The notes under the pieces were generated by a model that made no database searches, was not told where the DNA came from, and was given only the letters and a program-made list of their open reading frames with translations. From positions 6,913 to 70,912 of the forward strand of contig JARRNM010000016.1 of the NCBI GenBank assembly GCA_037384945.1: DNA of 64,000 bases, read 5' to 3'. The position numbers and the translations under genes were made by a program. Positions 36,276 to 44,876 of this stretch are shown piece by piece; position 1 is the stretch's first letter, and every line of letters starts with the position of its first letter. This stretch comes from Deltaproteobacteria bacterium. Lineage in GTDB: Bacteria > Desulfobacterota > Syntrophobacteria > BM002.

Positions 36276-38759
36276 ATGGAGTTTTTGAAAAAGAAGCGGC
36301 GGCAGAGTGGTGACGCGTTGAGACGGTCATCCGGCCTTGATCGCCGTGATAGCTCTCAAGCAAACGACAAAGCTCACTCGCTATTGTGGCAAAAAGTGCT
36401 GCTTCTAGCTGGTTTCAGCTTAATATTGGGAGTCCTGGTTACGCCCCACTACATTGTCCTGCCGGCAAACTTTCAGGTGGGAGATGTAGCAGAGTATGAT
36501 ATTAAGGCGGTCCACGACTTCTTGGTGACAGATGAAGCAGCCACCCGGAGAAAGAAAGAAGAGGCGGCACGAGAGTCTCTTGCAGTTTATGATCTAGACG
36601 AACAGACAGTGGAAAATCTGCATCAGAGACTCGGGGCAGTTTTTACTCCCTTACGCTCTCTCTTTCAGCAATCAGGAGAATCAAGTGTGGAGGCAAAGGG
36701 GTCGAGCGGTAAAGGCCTCAGCGGTATCCATAAATCCGGCAAAGAGCTGGCCCTGGAGAAAAAGAAGGATGTTGAAACTCAACTCGGCATAAACATCTCT
36801 GATGCGGATTATGCCATTTTAATTAAAGAGCAATTTGACCCACGCATTGAGAACTCCATAATCGAACTGGCAGACAGTGTTTTAGCCGGCGGTGTAGTTG
36901 GCAATAAATCCTTTCTCCTCGGTCAGCTACCGAAGGGAATAATGCTCAGAAGCGTTCAAAGCGGCGAGGAATCAAGGGTTATGGATCTCCTCCGGTTTTT
37001 GAGTGTCCAGGATGCCCGACGGCAGGTACGACTGAGAGCCGGTTCCATACTAGAAGAGGAAAACAAGAAGATTCGCAGCGCCATAGTACATCTGGCCCAA
37101 GCATTGCTTCCGCCAAACGTGACTTTCAATCGCAATGAGACCGAAATGCGCAGGCAGAAGGCAGAGGAAGCCGTCAAGCCCGTGTTCTTTCAGGTAAAAA
37201 AGGGTGAGATGATTGTTCGCGAGGGCCAAAGGCTGAGCCAGGAACAGGTGCTCAAGCTGAAAATGCAAGCCCAGGGGAAATTTGAACGGGGGATCATCTC
37301 TACTATGCTGGGCATTGCCTTGATGAGCGGGCTGCTCATTTTGCTGGCGGTGCACGTGGCGGGTAAATATGTTCGGCAGTTTCCAAGTAAGGTCAAAGAT
37401 CTGCTGTTTCTGGCCGTATTGCTCACTATTTTACTCATACTCGCCAAACTGTCTGTAGGTGTGGCAGACGCAATACACAGTGGTTTCTCCTTTGTAAGCC
37501 AGGAGGCCATCTTTTACATGCTACCCATGGCTGCCGGGGCGATGCTGGTAACAATCTTCTTTGGCCCCACCATTGCCATCATCTTCACCTTTTTCCTTGC
37601 TTTGCTGGCTGCCTTGATTTTGGACCGTCAGATTGATCTATTGTTCTACTACCTAATTGGTTCCCTCGTAGCTATTCAGGGCGTAGTGGTTTGCAGGGAT
37701 CGCAGCACGCCCTTGCGGGCTGGACTGACTGTCGGTCTTACCAATGCGGTGGTGATCCTTTTCATGACTTTTGCTTCCCAAAGGTTGTTAACCACCCAGA
37801 CAGGGCTTGCTCTCATTTTTGGCATTGCCGGGGGCCTCCTTGCCGGGGTGGTAACCAGTGGCTTGGGTCCCCTCGCCGAGATGGGATTTGGCTATACCAC
37901 CGATGTCAAGCTTCTGGAGTTGGCAAGCATGGATCAGCCCTTACTCAGACAACTCATGGTACAGGTCCCCGGCACCTATCATCACAGCATTGTGGTGGGC
38001 AACTTGGTAGAGGCGGCGGCTAAGTCTATAGGGGCAAATTCGCTTCTAGCCAGGGTGGCTGCCTACTACCACGACATTGGCAAGATCAGGAAACCCTTGT
38101 ATTTTGTAGAGAATCAGGGAAGGGGAGAAAACAAGCACGAACGACTGGCTCCGTCCATGAGCAGTCTTATTCTCATTTCCCATGTCAAGGATGGAGTGGA
38201 TCTGGCAAAGAAATATCGGCTCGGTGAGGGAATTCAGGATATTATCCAGCAACATCATGGCACCAGTCTCATCACCTTTTTCTATCAAAAGGCGATAGAT
38301 TTACAGGAAAAGCTCAAGTGCAGCAAAGGAGGCGATGTGCCATCTGTTTCAGAACAAGACTATCGCTACCCCGGGCCAAAGCCGCAAACCAAAGAGGCGG
38401 GCCTGGTGCTACTGGCAGACGCAGTGGAGGCGGCCTCTCGTACTCTCGCCGATCCAACGGCTGCCAGGATTCAGGGACTGGTTCAGAAGATTGTCAACCG
38501 AATTTTTTCTGATGGCCAGCTGGACGAGTGCGAGCTGACACTAAAAGACCTCCATGAAATCGCCAAGAGTTTTATCCAGATTCTCATGGGAATATCACAT
38601 CAGCGAATTGAATACCCCGAGCCTGCTGCCAAAGGTTCGGAAGGAAAAGCTCGCGCCAATGGAGATCCAGGTCAGCGATCAACAAAACGAGATCGAAACG
38701 GAGCTCGAGAAGATAAAAACGAAGGCGAGGAAGATCTTAAACGCCTTGGCATGTCATGA
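36276..38759 (+). CDS. 7TM receptor with intracellular HD/HDIG phosphohydrolase domain (YqfF/PgpH family)
   Basis: About 828 aa with an extracellular N-domain and 7 TM helices. The HD domain has HHSIVVGNL..AAYYHDIGK and HHG. Confidence 0.85.
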   Translation: MEFLKKKRRQSGDALRRSSGLDRRDSSQANDKAHSLLWQKVLLLAGFSLILGVLVTPHYIVLPANFQVGDVAEYDIKAVHDFLVTDEAATRRKKEEAARESLAVYDLDEQTVENLHQRLGAVFTPLRSLFQQSGESSVEAKGSSGKGLSGIHKSGKELALEKKKDVETQLGINISDADYAILIKEQFDPRIENSIIELADSVLAGGVVGNKSFLLGQLPKGIMLRSVQSGEESRVMDLLRFLSVQDARRQVRLRAGSILEEENKKIRSAIVHLAQALLPPNVTFNRNETEMRRQKAEEAVKPVFFQVKKGEMIVREGQRLSQEQVLKLKMQAQGKFERGIISTMLGIALMSGLLILLAVHVAGKYVRQFPSKVKDLLFLAVLLTILLILAKLSVGVADAIHSGFSFVSQEAIFYMLPMAAGAMLVTIFFGPTIAIIFTFFLALLAALILDRQIDLLFYYLIGSLVAIQGVVVCRDRSTPLRAGLTVGLTNAVVILFMTFASQRLLTTQTGLALIFGIAGGLLAGVVTSGLGPLAEMGFGYTTDVKLLELASMDQPLLRQLMVQVPGTYHHSIVVGNLVEAAAKSIGANSLLARVAAYYHDIGKIRKPLYFVENQGRGENKHERLAPSMSSLILISHVKDGVDLAKKYRLGEGIQDIIQQHHGTSLITFFYQKAIDLQEKLKCSKGGDVPSVSEQDYRYPGPKPQTKEAGLVLLADAVEAASRTLADPTAARIQGLVQKIVNRIFSDGQLDECELTLKDLHEIAKSFIQILMGISHQRIEYPEPAAKGSEGKARANGDPGQRSTKRDRNGAREDKNEGEEDLKRLGMS

Positions 38760-39093
38760 GAGTGAACTGAGCATTGTCTTGGTGGATGATGAGCAGATGA
38801 GTTCGCTCAACGAGAAGTACAGGAACCGCCGAGGCTCCACCAATGTTCTCGCCTTTGCCATGCGTGAGGGGGAGTTTGCTGGCATTTCTCCGGAGCTCCT
38901 CGGTGACGTTATAATTTCCCTTCCCACAGCCCAGCGGGAGGCAGAAGCGGCGGGCATCTGCCTCGACAATATGATCTCTCGTCTTCTAGTTCATGGGATT
39001 TTACACTTAATGGGTTTGGATCACGAAGAGGGCGAGGATGCAGCCCGTGAAATGGAGCGGCGAAGTTCAGAACTCCTAGGGCTACTCGACTAG
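38659..39093 (+). CDS. ybeY: rRNA maturation RNase YbeY
   Basis: The metal site HGILHLMGLDHE is present. The ATG at 38659 gives 144 aa and overlaps the end of the previous gene; the track ORF starts too early. Confidence 0.9.
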   Translation: MEIQVSDQQNEIETELEKIKTKARKILNALACHESELSIVLVDDEQMSSLNEKYRNRRGSTNVLAFAMREGEFAGISPELLGDVIISLPTAQREAEAAGICLDNMISRLLVHGILHLMGLDHEEGEDAAREMERRSSELLGLLD

Positions 39094-39390
39094 TACTGTC
39101 TGTAGTCCGTAGTCAGTGGTCCGTGGCTGGCAGGCATAGATCTCACCGTCGAGACAGCCAGGCTCGTTACTCATAACGCTATAGTCCCTTCTAACATTCT
39201 CGAGATTTTGCCTGTTCAGCCTTTGGCTGCTGACATCGGGCAGAATCGAGCTATTTATGCCTGGAAACCTGGAATGTTCATAGCGAAATCTGTCGCGGGA
39301 GAATAAGGGTAGCATCTTGGCAATTTTGAGGCAATAATTAGTAGCATTGGTGATACCACGGACAACGGACTACTGACAACGGACCAAAGG
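39094..39390. repeat. About 300-bp unit bounded by inverted GTCCGT/GTCAGT heptamer arrays
   Basis: Left arm TACTGTCTGTAGTCCGTAGTCAGTGGTCCGTGG (39094-39126). Right arm CCACGGACAACGGACTACTGACAACGGACCAAAGG (39356-39390). It fills the ybeY-pdxJ spacer. Confidence 0.75.
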
Positions 39391-39407
39391 GATTGGAGGT
39401 GATCGGC

Positions 39408-40151
39408 GTGGCGAAGTTGGCGGTGAATGTGGATCATGTGGCTACATTGCGGCAAGCGCGCCGGAGGTTGGAACCAGATCCGGTAACCGCCGCGGCCATG
39501 GCTGAACTCGCGGGAGCCCATGGAATTGTGGTGCACCTCCGCGAAGATAGGCGTCATATCCAGGATCGTGATCTTCAACTTCTCAGACAAACGGTGAAGA
39601 CCAAATTGAACCTGAAGATGGCTGCAACGCAAGAAATGCTCAAGACTGCCTTGAGCGTGAAACCAGACATGGTCACCCTGGTGGCGGAGAGAAGGGAAGA
39701 GCTCACAACTGAAGGTGGGTTAGAGGTTCAGCTGAACAGGGAAAACCTGAAGAAGTTCGTTCGACTCTGTAAGGACGCTGACATCACAGTGAGCCTGGTG
39801 ATCAACCCCGACGTGGATCAAATGAAAGCGGCCCAGTGGGTAGAGGCGGATTACATAGAGGTGCACGCAGGTGCTTTTTGTGAAGCCCGCACGCTCACTG
39901 AGAGGCAGGAAGAATTCGAGCGGATCCACAACGCGGTTAAACTGGCCCATAAAGTAGGGCTTGGAGTAAATGTGGGTCACAGATTGGACCATAGTAACAT
40001 CGGCTGGTTAGTGGATGTTGCTGAAATTGAAGAGTTTGTTATCGGCCACGCCATTGTTGCTCGGGCGGTGTTAGTTGGTTTTGAACGAGCTGTTCGCGAG
40101 ATGTTGGAGGTGATCAACTGGGGCACCGGTTGGCGGCGGATTGGCCCATGA
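39408..40151 (+). CDS. pdxJ: Pyridoxine 5'-phosphate synthase
   Basis: KLAVNVDHVATLRQARR, VHLREDRRHI and EVHAGAF are present. I chose the GTG start at 39408, which has GGAGG 8 nt upstream. Confidence 0.9.
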   Translation: MAKLAVNVDHVATLRQARRRLEPDPVTAAAMAELAGAHGIVVHLREDRRHIQDRDLQLLRQTVKTKLNLKMAATQEMLKTALSVKPDMVTLVAERREELTTEGGLEVQLNRENLKKFVRLCKDADITVSLVINPDVDQMKAAQWVEADYIEVHAGAFCEARTLTERQEEFERIHNAVKLAHKVGLGVNVGHRLDHSNIGWLVDVAEIEEFVIGHAIVARAVLVGFERAVREMLEVINWGTGWRRIGP

Positions 40152-40525
40152 TCAAAGGCATCGGTGTTGACATAGTCAATATACCCCGCATGGAGGAGGC
40201 GGTGAAGCGCTGGGGTTCACGTTTCCTTAAGCGCATTTTTACCTCAGCCGAGATTGAGCGCTGCGGGCAGCGAGCCCGACCGGCGCAATGCCTGGCGTCA
40301 CGCTTCGCCGCCAAAGAGGCCTTTGCCAAAGCCTTAGGGTTAGGTATGCGAGAAGGTCTACGCTGGCGTGACATTGAAGTTGTGCAGAATCATCTGGGCA
40401 AACCAGGTCTGCAATTACACAATCAGGCCCAGAAATTGCTGGAGGCCATGGAAGCCAAAAGAACCTGGTTGAGTCTCTCGGATGAACGCGACTCGGCTCT
40501 CGCGGTAGTCGTGCTTGAAGGATAG
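40148..40525 (+). CDS. acpS: Holo-[acyl-carrier-protein] synthase
   Basis: MIKGIGVDIVNIPRMEE..FTSAEIE..FAAKEAFAKALG. 125 aa. Confidence 0.9.
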   Translation: MIKGIGVDIVNIPRMEEAVKRWGSRFLKRIFTSAEIERCGQRARPAQCLASRFAAKEAFAKALGLGMREGLRWRDIEVVQNHLGKPGLQLHNQAQKLLEAMEAKRTWLSLSDERDSALAVVVLEG

Positions 40526-40530
40526 AGAGA

Positions 40531-42096
40531 ATGCGAGCGGTGACAGCTGAAGAAATGGCGGAAATGGATCGCACCGCCATTGAAGTCATAGGCATTCCTG
40601 GTGTCGTTTTGATGGAGCATGCAGGTCGCGGCGCCACTGAGGTCATCTGGCGTTACTTTCCCGCTCTCGAGGGGAAAAGGGTGGCGGTGCTGGCCGGCGG
40701 CGGGAACAATGGAGGGGATGGCTTTGTTATTGCCCGCCATCTCTGGCAGAAGCGGGTGGCTGTCTCCGTATACCTCCTCAGAAAGAGGGAGAGCTATGGG
40801 GGTGATGCCAGGGTCAATCTGGGGATTATTGAGCAGATCGGCGTTCAGGTGGAGGAGTACACCGACAACAAATCCCTTGCCACGCTGAAGAGGAAATTGA
40901 CCGATGCCGACCTCTTGGTGGATGCTATCCTCGGAACCGGACTGAATGCCCCTGTTAGAGGATTCTACCGAGAAATCATAGAGCTGGCAAACCAGCTTGA
41001 GCGTCCGGTACTTGCCGTGGATTTGCCCTCCGGGCTGAGCGCCACCAGCGGTGTTCCATTGGGAGTCTGTATACAGGCCTCAGTGACCGCCACCTTTGGA
41101 CTGCCCAAGGTAGGTCAACTCGTAACCCCAGGCTGCAGATACGTGGGAAATCTGGAGGTGGTTGACATTGGTTTACCCAGAAGTGTTACCGAGACTGCTG
41201 AGCCGCCAAGGGTCTGGCTGGAGGCAAGCGATCTTGCTCCCCTTTTGGGGTCCAGATCTCTTGCCAGTCACAAAGGTTCCTTCGGACATGTCCTGGTCGT
41301 GGGCGGCTCAGTGGGAAAAACAGGAGCTGGTGCCATGGCCGGATTGGGGGCGGCACGAGCCGGGGCCGGTTTAGTAACCCTGGCGGTGCCCACTTCCCTC
41401 CACGGGCTAATGGAGGTAAAGCTCACAGAGATTATGACTGAACCCTTGGCCGAAACGGCCGAGCAGGCGGTTAGCACCGCAGCTTTGCCCCGGCTGCACG
41501 GATTACTCACGGGCAAGCAAGCACTGGCCCTGGGGCCAGGGCTCTCCGTCGCTGAAGAGACGGTGGAGGTGGTACTGGACCTGGTGGAGAACTGCCCGTG
41601 CCCGATTGTCCTCGATGCCGACGGGATTAATGCACTGGTAGATCATCTGGATGCACTTAAAAGAGCAAGGGCGCCGTTGATCTTGACACCTCATCCGGGG
41701 GAGATGGGACGTCTGGTAAAAAGCAGTGCTGAGGAAGTTCAGAGTAATAGGCTCTCTTTGGTACAGTCCTTCAGCGAGCAATATGGGGTAACTCTTGTCC
41801 TCAAAGGAGCCAGGACCTTAGTGGGAAGTCATGCAGGAAGAGTGGCAATAAATAGCAGCGGCAATCCCGGTCTGGCCAGCGGTGGCACAGGAGATATCCT
41901 TACCGGCTTGATCGCCGGATTCTTGGCGCAGGGACTTTCGCCCTTTGATGCGGCCTGTGCGGGTGTCTATTGCCACGGTAAAGCGGCCGATCGCTTAGCC
42001 GGGCGAATGGGTGATCGGGGCCTGCTGGCAACGGATCTGCTAGCGGAGATCCCTATAGTGCAGAAATCGTTGGTCGAACATAATGCCTACAGATAG
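40531..42096 (+). CDS. nnr: Bifunctional NAD(P)H-hydrate repair enzyme Nnr (epimerase plus ADP-dependent dehydratase)
   Basis: 521 aa. The YjeF N-terminal domain has AGGGNNGGDGFV. The C-terminal carbohydrate-kinase domain has GGTGDILTG. Confidence 0.88.
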   Translation: MRAVTAEEMAEMDRTAIEVIGIPGVVLMEHAGRGATEVIWRYFPALEGKRVAVLAGGGNNGGDGFVIARHLWQKRVAVSVYLLRKRESYGGDARVNLGIIEQIGVQVEEYTDNKSLATLKRKLTDADLLVDAILGTGLNAPVRGFYREIIELANQLERPVLAVDLPSGLSATSGVPLGVCIQASVTATFGLPKVGQLVTPGCRYVGNLEVVDIGLPRSVTETAEPPRVWLEASDLAPLLGSRSLASHKGSFGHVLVVGGSVGKTGAGAMAGLGAARAGAGLVTLAVPTSLHGLMEVKLTEIMTEPLAETAEQAVSTAALPRLHGLLTGKQALALGPGLSVAEETVEVVLDLVENCPCPIVLDADGINALVDHLDALKRARAPLILTPHPGEMGRLVKSSAEEVQSNRLSLVQSFSEQYGVTLVLKGARTLVGSHAGRVAINSSGNPGLASGGTGDILTGLIAGFLAQGLSPFDAACAGVYCHGKAADRLAGRMGDRGLLATDLLAEIPIVQKSLVEHNAYR

Positions 42097-42243
42097 CAGC
42101 AAGTAGATCATTTCTCATTTCTCATTTCTCATTTCGCATTTCTCATTGATCATTTATCATTGTCAACTCAACACAAGAGTCATCCGACCAAAGTTACATT
42201 AATGACAAATGTCAAATGAGAAATAGGAAATGAAAAATGAAAA
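42097..42243. repeat. 21 heptamers in one phase from the nnr stop+1 into the first codons of tsaE; the two halves are inverted complements
   Basis: Base-by-base parse: CAGCAAG TAGATCA TTTCTCA x3 TTTCGCA TTTCTCA TTGATCA TTTATCA TTGTCAA CTCAACA CAAGAGT CATCCGA CCAAAGT TACATTA ATGACAA ATGTCAA ATGAGAA ATAGGAA ATGAAAA ATGAAAA. Unit 20 supplies the tsaE ATG at 42230. Confidence 0.92.
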
Positions 42244-42739
42244 ACCGTTACGCACGTGGGAAAACCGCACCGAAAGCCCTGAAGAGACTCAAAGGCTCGC
42301 CGAACAACTTGGGCGGCTTCTGCAACCCGGGGATCTAGTTGCTTTGGTAGGGGAATTAGGCAGCGGAAAAACCCTTTTCTCTCAGGGACTGGCTCGGGGC
42401 TTAGGGGTTCCGAAGAATTTCTACATCACCAGCCCAACCTTTGTCATCATAAACGAGTATCCTGGTAGAGTCCCCTTTTATCATCTGGATTTATACCGAG
42501 TCTCCAAAGCCGAGTTTTCAGAACTAGGGCTAGAAGAGATCTTTTTCGCCCAAGGGGTAGTAGCAATTGAATGGGCTGAGCGGCTAGGCAAAGATCTGCC
42601 GGTGGAGAGACTGGAAGTTCGCTTGACCTTCCTGGGGGAGGTGGAACGAAACATTGCCTTCTTTGCATTTGGAGACAAATTTAAAAAGAGACTGGCCACA
42701 CTTGTCGACTTGCATAAAAACGCCGGAGAGAAATCCTAA
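42230..42739 (+). CDS. tsaE: tRNA t6A biosynthesis ATPase TsaE (YjeE)
   Basis: 169 aa. Contains LVGELGSGKTLFSQGLARGLGV, SPTF and HLDLYR. Confidence 0.88.
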   Translation: MKNEKPLRTWENRTESPEETQRLAEQLGRLLQPGDLVALVGELGSGKTLFSQGLARGLGVPKNFYITSPTFVIINEYPGRVPFYHLDLYRVSKAEFSELGLEEIFFAQGVVAIEWAERLGKDLPVERLEVRLTFLGEVERNIAFFAFGDKFKKRLATLVDLHKNAGEKS

Positions 42740-43046
42740 ATCCTACTGAGCAGACATGCTGCGGTAGCCGATTCCTCCCCCCTGTTTTCCGTTCCTGCAG
42801 AACGGGGCCAGGGGCTCCCCCAGTCCGCCGTAGGCGGAAAGTGGCACAGACCCTTCCGTCAGCCCTGTTGAATTCCGCTATGTGGATCCGCCGAAGGCGG
42901 GATTCAACAGAGCAGGTCACTCAGAAGAGACATCAGCGAAGCCCGCAAGGGGAAGCTGCGAAACAACGAGCATCTGAGCAACCTACCTTCACTCTCTCAG
43001 CCTTGCGAAGGCCAGCATGAAGATATGGCGCTCACTAGCGGTCATC

Positions 43047-43245
43047 CGGAAACTCCTTAATGTCATTCTGAGCCCTTCGCCGGGACCTGTCGACGAGCTC
43101 AGGTCGAGTCGCTCAGGACAAGCTCCGCTGTGTCATCCTGAGCCCTTCGGCTGACTCAGGATAAACTCCGCGAAGGATCTCTGCGGCCGCACTAACCATG
43201 AGATTCTTCGTCGTCCCGCTGTTAGCGGGACTCCTCAGAATGACA
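43047..43245. repeat. Composite palindromic element bounded by TGTCATTCTGAG / CTCAGAATGACA, with nested hairpins
   Basis: CGGAAACTCCTTAA-TGTCATTCTGAG (43047-43072) ... CTCAGAATGACA (43234-43245). Inner hairpins are TGTCATCCTGAG..CTCAGGATA, GAAGGATCTC..GAGATTCTTC and GTCCCGCtgttaGCGGGAC. A second, simple copy is at 49896-49948. Confidence 0.8.
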
Positions 43246-43508
43246 TCCAGAAACATGGTTTCGGGATGGAGACTAACGAAAGAGGAATCCTGCCAGTAAA
43301 TGGAGCTAATCATAGGCGTTGTGGAGTAGCTTCCCCGTGGCCTGTGTCACCAAAATATTTTTGGGGAAAGTCCTGTCTCTTTTTTCATTGACACTTTTCA
43401 GGGTATAAGTCATCTTAAAGATTTTATACGATAAGGTTATTTAAATTTATAAATACATAAGGGGACAAATCCTAATTTTCCCTTTATTTCTCTGCTAAAA
43501 AGAGCTCG

Positions 43509-44750
43509 ATGGCACTTATAGTACAAAAATACGGGGGCACTTCGGTGGCTGACCCGGAAAGAATCAAAGCAGTGGCCAGACGGGTGATCAAGACCCGGGA
43601 GGACGGCGATGATGTGGTAGTGGTGCTATCTGCCATGGCCGGTGAGACAGACAGGCTTATTAGGTTGGCCCATGAGATGGCCGCAGAACCGGACCCCAGA
43701 GAACGAGACGTGCTCCTGGCCACAGGCGAGCAGGTTACCATTGCACTATTCAGTATCGCCATAAAGGACATGGGATATGAGGCCCAGTCTCTGTTGGGCC
43801 ATCAGGCTCGTATCTACACAGATCATGCCTATGGACGGGCGCGAATAAGTGAAATTCGGACCGAACCCATCTGGCATAACATATACAAGGGTTGTATCCC
43901 GGTTATAGCCGGTTTCCAGGGTTTGGATGAGAGGGGTAATATCACCACCCTCGGTCGGGGAGGATCAGACACCACGGCGGTGGCGGTGGCCGCAACCTTG
44001 GCTGCTGATGTTTGTGAAATCTATACTGACGTGGCAGGCGTCTATACCACTGATCCGAGTATTTACCACAAAGCGAGGAAACTGCAGCGCGTTTCCTATG
44101 ATGAGATGCTGGAGATGGCCAGCATGGGGGCCAAGGTTCTGCACATCCGCTCGGTGGAATTTGCCAAGAAATATAATGTACCAGTTCATGTCCGATCTTC
44201 CTTTGTGGACGAACCTGGCACCATGGTGGTTAAGGAGGATAAGTCCATGGAACAAGTGATGGTTTCGGGTGTCGCCTACAGCAAGGGCGACGCCCGCATA
44301 ACCCTGGCAGGGTTGCCCGACGTGCCCGGCGTTGCCGCCAGGATATTTACCGAGATCGCCAATGAAGGGATCGTGGTGGATATGATTATTCAGGGGAGCA
44401 CCGTTGACGCCAAGCTGGCCAACCTGAGCTTCACCGTGCCGCGACTGGATCGCCAGGCAGCTATACGGGTCCTGGAGGGAATGAAAAAAGAGTGGAAAGA
44501 CCTGCAGATCTTCAGCGATGAAAATATTTCCAAGATCTCTGTCATAGGCGTGGGCATGCGCCACCACGCCGGCGTTGCCGCTAAAATGTTCCAGTCCTTG
44601 GGCAGCGAGAATATTAATATTCACATGATCAGTACCTCTGAGATCAAGGTTTCCTGTGTGATTGAAGATCGACATACGGCCAAGGCGGTGCAGGTTCTGC
44701 ACGATGCTTTTGGCTTAGATCAACCGTTGCACCACGAGATTCCGGAGTAG
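43509..44750 (+). CDS. lysC: Aspartate kinase
   Basis: 413 aa. The N-terminus is MALIVQKYGGTSVADPERIK, followed by an amino-acid-kinase domain and two C-terminal ACT domains. Confidence 0.93.
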   Translation: MALIVQKYGGTSVADPERIKAVARRVIKTREDGDDVVVVLSAMAGETDRLIRLAHEMAAEPDPRERDVLLATGEQVTIALFSIAIKDMGYEAQSLLGHQARIYTDHAYGRARISEIRTEPIWHNIYKGCIPVIAGFQGLDERGNITTLGRGGSDTTAVAVAATLAADVCEIYTDVAGVYTTDPSIYHKARKLQRVSYDEMLEMASMGAKVLHIRSVEFAKKYNVPVHVRSSFVDEPGTMVVKEDKSMEQVMVSGVAYSKGDARITLAGLPDVPGVAARIFTEIANEGIVVDMIIQGSTVDAKLANLSFTVPRLDRQAAIRVLEGMKKEWKDLQIFSDENISKISVIGVGMRHHAGVAAKMFQSLGSENINIHMISTSEIKVSCVIEDRHTAKAVQVLHDAFGLDQPLHHEIPE

Positions 44751-44876
44751 GAAGGAAAAAGGTTGCGTATTAGTAGTGTTCTTCTGGGGTGTGCCAGGAT
44801 TAAGTAGCACGGCACAATATATTCCAAGCTCGAAATTTTCGATTAACTCATAAAACTTGGACAACAGGAAAGACCT

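Noticed and set aside
39082-39315. 77-aa minus-strand ORF in the ybeY-pdxJ spacer
   Set aside because: It lies inside the inverted-array-bounded element, has no RBS and has an implausible composition.
43364-43374. GGAAAGTCC resembling the RNase P RNA P4 strand
   Set aside because: It is an isolated match. None of the other universally conserved RNase P RNA segments (for example the ACAGAA..CCCGGCTTA type 3' strand) are nearby.
42740-43508. Lysine riboswitch (L-box) upstream of lysC
   Set aside because: I could not find the conserved L-box core segments. The structure is instead explained by the palindromic repeat element, which also occurs upstream of an unrelated gene (tsaD).
43965-44702. 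245-aa ORF on the minus strand
   Set aside because: It is antisense to aspartate kinase and has no motifs. It is a shadow ORF.
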